Below, in pieces: positions 1 through 10,585 of a stretch of 64,000 bases of DNA. The stretch comes from Paecilomyces variotii (taxonomy: Eukaryota): NCBI GenBank assembly GCA_004022145.1, contig RCNU01000012.1, one strand, 5' to 3'. Made by a program: the position numbers and the translations under genes. The notes beneath the pieces were generated by a model that was not told where the DNA came from, ran no database searches, and worked only from the letters and a program-made list of their open reading frames with translations. The stretch's first letter is position 1. The number at the start of each line of letters is the position of its first letter.

Positions 1-1371
1 GACAGTCTCATCGGGGTTGATGTTATTACCAAGGGTGTTGCGAAGCCTTATGAACGGACGTTCGGCGAAGATGATATCAAGGAGACGACGGACAAGGATC
101 TGAAAGCATTGAGAGAGCAAATGAGTGGCCTGCGACTCTGGGGGGCCTGGGAACCCAACAGTAAGCTTCTCCCATTCGATTTACCTTCTTGGAGTAGTAA
201 TGATACTAACAAACGATGTATAGGAATCAAGCTCACACCCGAAAGAATTTACACTATGGCCTTCCATCCGACCGAAACGAAGCCATTGATATTTGCTGGA
301 GACAAAATGGGTCATATCGGAATTCTGGACGCTTCGCAGGAATATCCCGTCTCCGCAGTCAAGCATGAAGACGACGACGAGGAGGAGGATGACCCAGACC
401 CAGTTATGACCACCCTCAAGCCGCACACCCGCACCATAAGTGGGATGCATATACACCCACTGAAACCTACGCACCTCTATACCGCGAGCTACGACAGTTC
501 CATTCGAGAACTCGATCTCCAGACGGCCAGTTCCTCCGAGAAGTATGCTCCTGAATCCACTTCCACGGACGAGGCACTTTCTGGTGTGGACATGGCTGCA
601 GAAGATCCAAATTGCCTGTACTGGACAACTCTAGACGGCGCTTTTGGACGGCGCGACCTTCGCGCAAAGGACAACACGGTGGAGCGTTGGCAGCTCTCCG
701 AGAAGAAGATCGGAGGATTTTCTCTTTACCCGTCTCAGTCTCACTACTTTGCTACCGCAAGCTTGGATAGGTTCATGCGACTCTGGGATATGCGGAAGTT
801 GTCACACGATAATCCTGTGCCCGTAGGCGAGCACGAGAGCAGATTGTCGGTATCCCATGCGGCCTTCAACAGCGCCGGCCAAATAGCGACATCATCCTAT
901 GACGATACCATTAAAATCTACGATTTCGCCGCCAAGGGAATATCCTCCTGGCAACCGGGCCATAAGGTCTCAGATGAGGATATGAAACCCGACACCATTG
1001 TTAGGCATAACTGCCAGACAGGTCGTTGGGTTACCATGTACGTATTTTCGTCCCCTTATTTCACCCTCCGTTGTTCCCAGCACTTCCTCCTGCTATACCA
1101 TATTTTTAATAATAACCACGAATTCCAACCCGTAACTGACACAACTAACAGTCTCCGTCCCCAATGGCAACTAAACCCGCAATCCCACATTCAGCGATTC
1201 TGCATTGGAAATATGAACCGCTTTGTCGATGTCTACAGCGCCTCTGGAGACCAGCTCGCCCAGCTAGATGGCGAAGGCATCACTGCTGTGCCTGCCGTAG
1301 CTGTCTTCCACCGAAGTATGGACTGGGTTGTCGGTGGTACGGCGAGCGGTAAGATCTGTTTGTGGATGTAA
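1..1371 (+). CDS. cmr1: WD40-repeat DNA damage-binding protein Cmr1/WDR76, 5'-truncated at the window edge; introns 161-223 and 1038-1151
   Basis: Motifs [58 protein letters not shown] and [12 protein letters not shown]. Removing GTAAGC..TAG and GTACGT..CAG introns restores the family sequence. Confidence 0.92.
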   Translation, partial: DSLIGVDVITKGVAKPYERTFGEDDIKETTDKDLKALREQMSGLRLWGAWEPNSKLLPFDLPSWSSNDTNKRCIGIKLTPERIYTMAFHPTETKPLIFAGDKMGHIGILDASQEYPVSAVKHEDDDEEEDDPDPVMTTLKPHTRTISGMHIHPLKPTHLYTASYDSSIRELDLQTASSSEKYAPESTSTDEALSGVDMAAEDPNCLYWTTLDGAFGRRDLRAKDNTVERWQLSEKKIGGFSLYPSQSHYFATASLDRFMRLWDMRKLSHDNPVPVGEHESRLSVSHAAFNSAGQIATSSYDDTIKIYDFAAKGISSWQPGHKVSDEDMKPDTIVRHNCQTGRWVTMYVFSSPYFTLRCSQHFLLLYHIFNNNHEFQPVTDTTNSLRPQWQLNPQSHIQRFCIGNMNRFVDVYSASGDQLAQLDGEGITAVPAVAVFHRSMDWVVGGTASGKICLWM

Positions 1372-1945
1372 ATGTGTGTGGATTGATGGTACGAGAAGTG
1401 ACATTAAAAAGCGTCCACGATTCTGCGGAGGACTATTGTACTGTATCTTTGTTGTGTGATATTTTGTAAGAGTTTGGGATTCACTGGGAATCGGCGTCTG
1501 TATTGCATGCAATAAGGTCATCCTGTGTTAGACTCATTGTATTTTCTGGCTTGGCCATCATTTTGTGGCGAGTTCGTTGGAGGATCAAAAGTGACTATTA
1601 CTCACCATAACAGTAGCGAAGTAGTAGTAGTAGTAACCAATGCAAAATGTACAATATCAACTACATGTTTTCTCAAGCACCCATTAGACCAGTCTGTGTT
1701 TCTAATTCGGAATTCTAGAATATGATAAGTTCTGAGTGTCAAATGAGGCGGTAGGGTATCATTCAAGATCGACCAGATCATATATCGAAGGATTATTCCC
1801 AAATATGCTCGTTTAAATCGCCGCGCGATCCCAAAATGTATCCCAGAAGAACAAAAAATGGCCAATTCCATATGTGCAATATGCGCAGAAAATATTCATG
1901 GTATCATGCGTAAATGACAGTCATACTGTGAGTGCGAATCTCATC

Positions 1946-4900
1946 TCACTGCTCGTCATCGCTGTCCAAAACAACATATCTGCTCGTCCTTCGTCTCTTC
2001 TGAGATCTGGACGTGCTAACTCTAACCTCATGAAGACGTTTCCGACTGCTTTCCAGCATTCGTTCGCTTTCGTGTTCGGAATTGATCACGGTACTGCTGG
2101 AATCCGACAATATTGACGGTGTGGCATCTCCGGATCCGAGGAAGCGGTCCGTTATCGTCGTGGTTACCCTGTGGATCGTCTCCTGGGTGGATGTTTCAGA
2201 GCGTAGGATTCGTCGTCGTCTTGATTGTTTCTCGGACGGAAACGCATCTTGTGAGGCTGGGATGGGAGCTGAACTATCTCTGCGGTCGATGAGGTTGTCT
2301 TCATACTTGTTGATGATAGATTTCGTGGGATTGTCGGAGGTAACGACATTGGAGGTGGCTGCGGTCATTCGCTCGTTTTCTAGACAGGCCTCTCTCAACG
2401 TCATTCCGAGAGACAGTGCGACCTGTCTCGCGACGCTGTTCCCTATGATCTTCCACTGCTTCGTGGCACTGCCGATGAGAATTTCATCATCTGGGATGCC
2501 TTGCGCTCGTCTTGCTTCCTTGACCGTCAACAGTCTATCTTCCTCCCAGTGCACGATCCTCCCGGTAAATGCGCATGCAGGATTGACTCTCGTAACGATT
2601 GTCGGAAATAGTCCGTTTGGATGGACGCGGCCGTAAGAACTGGCCTCTTTTTTAGCCCACGCCCTTCTCCTCTTGCAAAAAGCTTCAGTCTGTGGTTTAG
2701 CCATCCAACCTCTCAAAACTGAAGTCTCCAGACCTTGTGTCCAGGGAGCCTTTGGAACGAGCTCAATCAAGGTTTGTTCGTAGCAAGTTGGTTTCTGTGC
2801 TGTCCTCATATCCGGGTCGGATATTGTCATGCACTTCGCCGTAGCTAGACGAGGAAGGTCTCTTGTCCCCTCTGCGGCCGTGACGAAATCGAAGACGGGT
2901 GTTTCGAATCTTCTGCGGCCGAATGGAAGTCCGTTCGCAGCCTCTCCCAGTGATCTGTTCGTGGTCCTTGGAGGATGTGAGTGAGTAAGCGCAGGGTGCT
3001 CTGGCAGCTTTAGGCCTGGAGCAGCCACAAAGATAAATAGCCTCGACCTGCTCTGAGGTGCACCGAAGCTCCATGCGTCCAGATTCAGTATGCGAGCTTG
3101 ATAGCCCATGCCAATCAAGGCACAAAGCATCTGCGACAAGGGGTTCTTCTCACTCCTTTTGGCCATGGCGGTGACGTTCTCCAGGACAGCATATTTTGGC
3201 CGGAGATGATCAATAAAAGCAGCCACAGAGGCGATCATTGAGCAGTTACGGAGTGCTGTCTGATTTTGCTTGAAGTTGTTAGTCAAGGCATACCCCTGAC
3301 AGGGACTCCCTGCAGAAATGAAGTCGACTTCTCCCACTCTGGCAACGATATTGCTTTCCTTTCCTTTCAGGGACTGGTCAAGAAAGTCGTCCACAGAGCC
3401 CCAAAACAATTTGGCCCCTGGGTGTCTCAAGTTGGCACGATATGTGAGCATGGCTTCCTTGCTCCATTCGACAGCCCACTCGTTCATCACAGCTCCGCCT
3501 TCTTCTAGGCCCCTGTCGAAACTGCCACCACCGCTGAAGATGCTGAGAGCTCGTAGTTGTACGACTGGTGCCTTAGGATCAAAACCCTGCGTGAGAGAGG
3601 CAGGTAAAGATGAGATTTCGAGCGGCTGTAAGGAGCTGATGCCTTCTGGAGACGTCACTTCACGGCAGATAATGAAAAAGGCATCTCCATTTCCTTGACG
3701 GCAATACGGAGGAGGGATCAAGCCATTATTTCTCTCATATTCGCTGTAGAAGCGGACATGACATCGTCGTTGGACATGACCAATGTGACTGCTTCGAGTA
3801 CGGTCAGTATATACCAGCTCGTTTCGGTCACCTCCCTTTCTCTGCAGAAGCTCCCTCACTCGCAAGTTCTTGCCGGAACAACTGATGATTTCTACCGGCT
3901 CCAGCTTGCTTCCAGTATCTACCAAAACAGTATCACCAGGATGATATGTTTCTCGGCCGCTGTCACCCAAGCCCGAATATTTTTTTCGGTGAGAACAGTA
4001 GAAATCTTCCTCTTTCAAGGTCAGAAAGACCTCGTCATCCGTATGATAGGTCTGACGCACAAAGAATGGTGCCCCTTCTCTGGCCACAGACGAGAAAAAC
4101 CTTACATCGACCTTCCCCACGACTTCGGTATTTCGGATCTTATGGTCTCCGCAGTTGCAGTGGTCGGACATGAAGAGCTCGTTCAGATGGGGGTATGTCA
4201 TGTTGGCACAGACAGTATCACTGGGTCGGTACAGCCAAATGACATCAAGCCAGATCGTCCCATTCTGATGCTGCCTGATACCTTGTACAAAGGAATACCA
4301 AAGATCATCGTTGGAACTGGTCTTCCATACAGTCTGCTCATCCCTCTCCACAGAGATAACATCGCCGGGGCGAACTTCAAATGCCTTGTGCGGTACGGGA
4401 GCTGAGTAGAGACCGCCTCCGCATGGCTTGAACTTGAAATCGGGCTTTGATGATTCGAAACCAAGCTCCCGCATGCGTTCTTGCTGTTTTAGAAGAACGG
4501 TTGGTGTTGGCTGCGACACCTGCAATTGTTCACCCCACTCCATGTTTTGAAAACAGCGGTAGACATATGGAGTAACGACAGTCCCTTTCGCTCGTTGAGA
4601 CTGTTCTTTGATAATTGGCTCCGTGAGGCCAATCTCCTGCCACAATATGGAATTCTCGTATTTCCTATCGATGTCCACGGCTTGTTTGAAGAGATACTCT
4701 CCATAGGCAATCACAGCTGACCTAAAGTCAGGCTTTCCAAATTGACAAAACCAGTTCTGAAAGGAAGTGTCCGAACTGTGCACTTGCTGTAACCAGTCTG
4801 CAAAGCCACTTTTGAAGTCGTTAAGGGTAACCGTGTCATGCTCGGCCAGGAAGTCCAGAAGATGCTTGCCAAGATCCGTTAACCATAGAAAGATCTCGTA

Positions 4901-5446
4901 GTATGGTCTGTATTCCGGGGACGGCCCGGAAAGATGGTACCAGATATCTCCTTTCCTTTTGCCGTGAACAGACTGGATCCAGATATCGGACCCAACTGTA
5001 TGCTGCTCAACCTTCTCATAGCCACCAATGGAAACGTATTCAAATGGTACGCGTCTTAGAAACATCCGCCTTTCTCCTTTGAGGTTTAAGATCCCATCGA
5101 AGAAGAACTTCGTGTTGCCTTGTCTGAGAGCAACCTCGTGCAGAGAGGTCAGTTCATCTCCACCGAAATAATTCGAATCACGATACACACTGAACTGGTC
5201 GAGGTCGACAGATAGAAATTCGTCACCTCCGTAGGTTTCCTTCTTGGTGGAAGAGTCTCCCAGGAGGATGTTCAGGGCGTCTGTCTCTTCGATCAGGGGT
5301 AAAGGTGGTCCCCATCCCACATACTGCGAAAGTGGAAACGAAATCGGCGGCAGGTTGATTCCCCTGAGGACCTCATAACGAGAATTTCCTTCCCGAAACC
5401 GCTGGGAGTATCCTTCAGTGTCATCTGCAGATTCATCGGCATTCAT
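1946..5446 (-). CDS. dim-2: DIM-2-type C5 cytosine DNA methyltransferase, single exon, ~1166 aa from the first ATG (MNADES)
   Basis: C5-MTase motifs in order: I LSIFSGGGSFDRGLEEGG, IV SAGSPCQG (catalytic Cys), VI LENV, VIII GAPQSRSRLF, IX LTVKEARRAQG, X IGNSV. Upstream BAH-like regions (VIWLYRPSDTVC..YPHLNELFMSDHCNC; RRCHVRF) and a long N-terminal domain fit DIM-2 rather than RID/DmtA. Confidence 0.9.
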   Translation of the reverse strand: MNADESADDTEGYSQRFREGNSRYEVLRGINLPPISFPLSQYVGWGPPLPLIEETDALNILLGDSSTKKETYGGDEFLSVDLDQFSVYRDSNYFGGDELTSLHEVALRQGNTKFFFDGILNLKGERRMFLRRVPFEYVSIGGYEKVEQHTVGSDIWIQSVHGKRKGDIWYHLSGPSPEYRPYYEIFLWLTDLGKHLLDFLAEHDTVTLNDFKSGFADWLQQVHSSDTSFQNWFCQFGKPDFRSAVIAYGEYLFKQAVDIDRKYENSILWQEIGLTEPIIKEQSQRAKGTVVTPYVYRCFQNMEWGEQLQVSQPTPTVLLKQQERMRELGFESSKPDFKFKPCGGGLYSAPVPHKAFEVRPGDVISVERDEQTVWKTSSNDDLWYSFVQGIRQHQNGTIWLDVIWLYRPSDTVCANMTYPHLNELFMSDHCNCGDHKIRNTEVVGKVDVRFFSSVAREGAPFFVRQTYHTDDEVFLTLKEEDFYCSHRKKYSGLGDSGRETYHPGDTVLVDTGSKLEPVEIISCSGKNLRVRELLQRKGGDRNELVYTDRTRSSHIGHVQRRCHVRFYSEYERNNGLIPPPYCRQGNGDAFFIICREVTSPEGISSLQPLEISSLPASLTQGFDPKAPVVQLRALSIFSGGGSFDRGLEEGGAVMNEWAVEWSKEAMLTYRANLRHPGAKLFWGSVDDFLDQSLKGKESNIVARVGEVDFISAGSPCQGYALTNNFKQNQTALRNCSMIASVAAFIDHLRPKYAVLENVTAMAKRSEKNPLSQMLCALIGMGYQARILNLDAWSFGAPQSRSRLFIFVAAPGLKLPEHPALTHSHPPRTTNRSLGEAANGLPFGRRRFETPVFDFVTAAEGTRDLPRLATAKCMTISDPDMRTAQKPTCYEQTLIELVPKAPWTQGLETSVLRGWMAKPQTEAFCKRRRAWAKKEASSYGRVHPNGLFPTIVTRVNPACAFTGRIVHWEEDRLLTVKEARRAQGIPDDEILIGSATKQWKIIGNSVARQVALSLGMTLREACLENERMTAATSNVVTSDNPTKSIINKYEDNLIDRRDSSAPIPASQDAFPSEKQSRRRRILRSETSTQETIHRVTTTITDRFLGSGDATPSILSDSSSTVINSEHESERMLESSRKRLHEVRVSTSRSQKRRRTSRYVVLDSDDEQ

Positions 5447-6709
5447 CTTATCAAGAGCAGATGTTATCGCTGGTGAGAGAGGAATGCTATCTGAGGCAGA
5501 GCTGGGAGCGTGGCATGGAGCAAGACAAAGAGGGGAAACATAGGGACAGCAAGTATCACGCACTAACACAAAAGAAAGCTTCCAGAAAATGCTTCCCCAA
5601 TAAAGAGCCCAATTTTTTAAATAGTGAATTCAACAAAAAAGAACAGGGTTCCTAAACACATAAACTTAGTACCAATACTGGGAGAAGAATGAAGTCCACG
5701 ACGCGCTCAATGAAAGATAAGGAATTTTTAAAGCAATACAACAATTGAAAACTACATACATAAAAAATCCAGACTTAAAGGCCGTATTTTCACAAAGAAA
5801 ATGGAGTACAAGCGAAGAATAGATATGGTCGCAAGTACTGTACATCTGCGATACATGTATTTGGTCGTTTAATTAGTGCGAATTGTGAGTCACATGACTG
5901 AATCAGTACATAGATGAGATAATTAATTGGGTCTTATAATTATAAAAATGCAGAAGTGATGAGGACCAGACCATTTGCGCCAAGAAAGCTGATGTGAAAT
6001 TATATATATTGGATTGGGCTGCAAGAGATGTCACTCTTTACTTCCCATCTATGCGCGTGTTAAGCAATGAAAACAAGACAGTATACGCGCTGGAATGTCT
6101 ACTCGGATGAAAATTGAACTTTGCCCATAAGAAACATTTCGATGACTAGTATATAGAGGATACCCAAGTATTTATGCGTCGTAGGGTGAAGGTAAAGTGA
6201 AAATAAGCCGAAGACAACCAGAATGTAGCGCACAGCGTAAAGAGCTTCGAACGCGTTATATACCAGCACCAGAAAAGCAATATTATGATCTTTTTTTCCT
6301 TTTGCGGAGTAGGCTCCAAAATGACAACGGGAGAAATAGGGTATCGAACACCATGATAAATGCTTTCCAATGAACGGTCAGAGCAGCTAAGTCATGAGCA
6401 ACAAATCCGCACGCGCCTGGCTCTGGAGAGCCAAACGACAGGACCTCCCACAATGTACAGCACTTGTTTCCGCTCCATAGCGAATTCCAAGCTCCCATGC
6501 CTTCCCTCATGTAAGTAGAAAAAACCTCAACTCCGCCGACTCTAGAAGCCGGTGGGAACGGGCACATGTAGACGTTACTCTGTACGATGAAAGACGTTCA
6601 AGCGCTTACACCAACCAAATGCATAGAACAGATCCAAGGACCGAAAGAAAAACAGAATCGCACAGAGATCTGAACGTAGATATTCAAACACAGACCATAT
6701 TCGTCGTCA

Positions 6710-9700
6710 TTAAAACTCATTTCGTGGTTCCTCTCGTGGTTGTAGCTGCTGCTGATGGGACCCGTCCCGATCTTTTGCTTTCCGCCTCGATGGCGCTGGA
6801 ACTAAGTCTTGGATCGAACTCAAGAAGCGGTATTTGCCCGATGATTCACGTGAAATGCTAGATCGCCGTCCTCCTTTGGAGGTCTCAGAGAAGTCAAGCG
6901 AATATGTAGATGAATTTTTTGAGCTACTAGCACCTTCACGCGGCTCAGACCAACGTGGCGTAGAGAAGGGTAGTCGGCTCGGATCCCACGTAGCGGATGA
7001 AGAGCTTGGGGGCGTATAATCGTCCCCATCATCAGCATTATCCGTAGATCTGCGCGGCAAGGCCGGCCGCGGGGAGAAGTAGCCTATGGAGTTCCTTTTA
7101 CTCCCAATTAGAGAGGCGGGCCCAGTCATCGGGGTCTCTGTAGCCGGCGTATTGGGCTTGCTTGAACTCTCATCGTAGAAAGTGGCGGATTTCTCTATGG
7201 ATTCAACAAGCTCTTCCCATTTCACTTCCAAGTTCCCGTTTGGTCGTTCGGCTTGTTCGGCCTTGCTCAAGCATTCTTTGGTTCGCTGGCTCAGCTCCAG
7301 GGCTAAATTGTGGAACTTCTCAAGATTGACGTCGATCTCCTCCAGCTCCTCTAGCCTCGCCGGGGCACTTTCAAGCCACAGGCTAGTTAGCGCCGCAAAA
7401 CTCCTGGCATGGTCGATGAGAAAAGGCAAACTAGGAAAGCCTTCCCGAGAGGTAGGAGGGAGACGGCCAAGAATCTGGATTGGAGTCGCGTAGGACGGGG
7501 ACACGGTTTGCGCTGGCCGCTCCGCAGGTATCGAACATATGCGATCCACATATTCTTTGAACTCTCCACGATGACTGACCAAGAACCTATTCATAGGCTC
7601 CATCCAAGGTTCTTTGTTGCCAAAAGAAGTCATGTTTGCCAGACCTTGCAATGCTTTGGCGATAAGAGTCAAGGTACGCTGGGCACGCGGCCGAGGGTGC
7701 TCTGTCAAGTATATTAGACACTTGTTCAGTCATGACGGGCTCGAGGAATACATACCTTTCAGGAGCCCAAAAAGTTTGGGGTTCAGAATTGCAGGGCAAA
7801 AGAAGCGCAAGAACAGGAAACCAGAAACACTGCTGTAAGTGACCGAACGGAGGAAGTCTCCGTAGCGATCCTCAGCACATGCTCTGATGTGCCGGAATAT
7901 GAGTCGTAGTTCATCTGGACATTTTGTAGCGGAACGGGAAATAGAACTCCACACCCTGCTGGTCAAATCTATAAGATTCCTCCAGTTGCGTTCAAGGTCT
8001 TCCTCGCGTTGCACGCGAACAGGATCAACCTCACAGTCGGGGTCACTCTGGTCGATGCGGCGAAGCTGCTCACCAATGGTCTCTTGAAGATATTCTTTTC
8101 CAAGCCGGCGCATATGTAGATCAAGGGCCTTGGTCAGGAGGGAGTTACCACGAAAAAGAAGGTTAGCTTCGACTGTAGCCGACCGCCCCAGGTCTCTCAC
8201 AAGCACCTCCCGCTCTTGCGCAGACGACTCCCTAGAGTCATTCGAGTGTAGCCTAGTCGTGTACCTCAATCTGGTCATCGTCGACTCCTTATGGACTCCA
8301 TCGATTTCGTCCTCAATGAGCGCCGAGATCCATTCAACTACCTGGCCTGACACCTGATAGATATTGAGCAGGGTCTCCGCTAGTAGCGCTAACTCAGCTG
8401 ACAAAATTTGAGAGATATTTACGGTAAGGCTGTTAGGAAAGTTGTGTAAAAGTTGTGACATAGGCTCATATTCGTGGGACATCAGAACGATCGTCTCCTC
8501 CAATCGTGCTCTCATGAAAATCTCACCCACAGGCTGATCCCTGTCGTCCAGGATCGGCCACCATTTTTCGACGTTGGTACCAGTCTCAAGTTCATCGAGC
8601 CTCAAATCGACGCGGCCGAAAGTAGCATCGTGCGACGCGATTTCAAGATCATCCAACATGTTCATTGGGTTGGCTTCGCCGTTCAGGTTGTACGGCGTAC
8701 GCGAAATGAGAGTCCAGTCCTTTTGGCTTGGATTGAGAGTCTTCAGGAGAATCGAGGCATTGGAGAGAACGGGAGGAAGGTCACTGAATACGAATTCTTC
8801 TCGCCAGAAAGGTGTTGACGTGTTATACTTCACTGCGGTCTTCGCTCTGACTTCACTATCAAGAAGGACTTCAACATAGTAGTCACTCACTGCCCTGCTA
8901 GCCGAAGCCTGAGATCTTGACATTTTTCTGTTCCTTGGTAGTTCTTCTTCCTTTGTATTCAGGAGCTTCGCCTCAGTGACTCGTATCGACAGCATACGTT
9001 CGATTCGGAACATGTCCGCTGTTGAGGTTGGAGCAGGACCGGTCAGGCTCTGCCGACGGCTCGAATCTCCGCTTGCTACTGACTCGGGTCCATAAAGTTC
9101 AGGGATGGTAAATGCGCGTAATAAAACGAACCAAACCTCAAATAGCACCCGGGATTCCAAGGAGAGAAAGATTGGACGATTGATCGCCGGTTGGGATCCG
9201 GAATGTGCTGCATACTGTGGGTAAATGGCGATGCAGAACTCGTCATCCAGCACTGAAGACTCTAACTGTTGGATTGCGCACCGGGAGAGCTGGGACAACT
9301 GGATGCACGATACGAGTGTCACATCCGCTTCCGTATAAAGCTTGAAGTAGCCGTTCTCTTGCAGAGTACAGCTGACTTTCTGCCAAGATGTGGAATAAGA
9401 CCTTTGCTGCCGGTCGGCTGACGCCCTGCGTCCGGAGGAAGGCCGTGGCCCGGAGGTGCCCTGTTTGTCCCAAAGCAGCATCTTGCCAACCTTGATGACT
9501 GCCGCTTCTTTCTGCACGTTAGTTTCGGAGTTTCGTCTACGATCCCCCAGACGTCGCTCGCCCATTGAAACTGACTGGGGCTTGGTCATTTTGTTCTGCA
9601 CACCCTTCGGTCGTATCGGTTGCCAACACAGTAAGGCGGCCAGCCATGAATCAAAGGTCTCATGCACGTGCGGCCTCAGTTGGATCCCCATCCCTGATGA

Positions 9701-10585
9701 GAAAGTTGACACGCTCAGATAGGTACATTGGAGCTCTGTATCGAACAAGGTCCGGACGTGACAGCCACGCAAGTCCGGAATCAAAGTCTTAGCGAGTGAG
9801 GGTTCTCCCTTGGCTTGGTATATTAGACTTCCCGTGGCCACATTGATAGCGCAGTATCCGGACGTCCATGAGGCGGTGGAAGCGGTCCGAAAGGAAAGAA
9901 TACCATGCATCCTTCCACAGGTCGTCTTCATCAGCTGCAGTATCTTCGTCGCATCTGCGTTAGACAGGGGTGACGCGAGAGCTGGGGGATTCCGGATTAT
10001 CCCAGTCGACGTTGTCGCTGCCGGAGGAGATTTCGTTAGACGTTGACGAGCACCTGCATAGTTGAAGAAAGTCGGGGATTGGATGATTGAAGGAAAGCCT
10101 ATGGAGTGTTCTTCCGGCGCCTTCAGAGTCGATGCCGTATTGATGGACCCGAGACGATTCCGAGTCCTTGATAGAAAGGAATTGGGGGATATCTCGCTTC
10201 TCTGGTCATCCAACGTTGTAGTTCGGGACCGCGCTCTCTGGCTTCTAGACTCCGAGATATCGTCCTCATCACCGGCGGAATAATACGGTGCGAACTCCCG
10301 CCGACGATCGCGGTCTCGTGGTCTTGGTCTGATCGTGGACCGTGGTGATGCAGCACTGCTAGCGGAGAGGAACTCCGCTTCAGATATGGGGGAGTGATTG
10401 CCCGTGTCAGACATCGAATCAGGCGTCACCGTCCGAATGCTGGTCTCTCTGAAGTTATCTGGGTACACCATGCCGTGGCGGTCCTCCGATGACGATTTCT
10501 TGCTAGGCCGCCGCTCAAATGGGCGACTGTAAATCCCTTGCTGCCCTGAGCTTCTCTTGAATCCGTTGCGACGTTCCGACTCCAT
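6710..10585 (-). CDS. bud2: Ras GTPase-activating protein, BUD2/CLA2 family (PH-like, C2 and RasGAP domains); intron 7702-7755
   Basis: C2 segment RAKTAVK..PFWREEF, arginine finger [11 protein letters not shown] and signature [14 protein letters not shown]. The splice joins [19 protein letters not shown]. Confidence 0.9.

Noticed and set aside
5447-5569. N-terminal extension of the DIM-2 ORF in the ORF track
   Set aside because: It starts at a non-ATG codon; the first in-frame ATG is at 5446. An upstream exon cannot be excluded.
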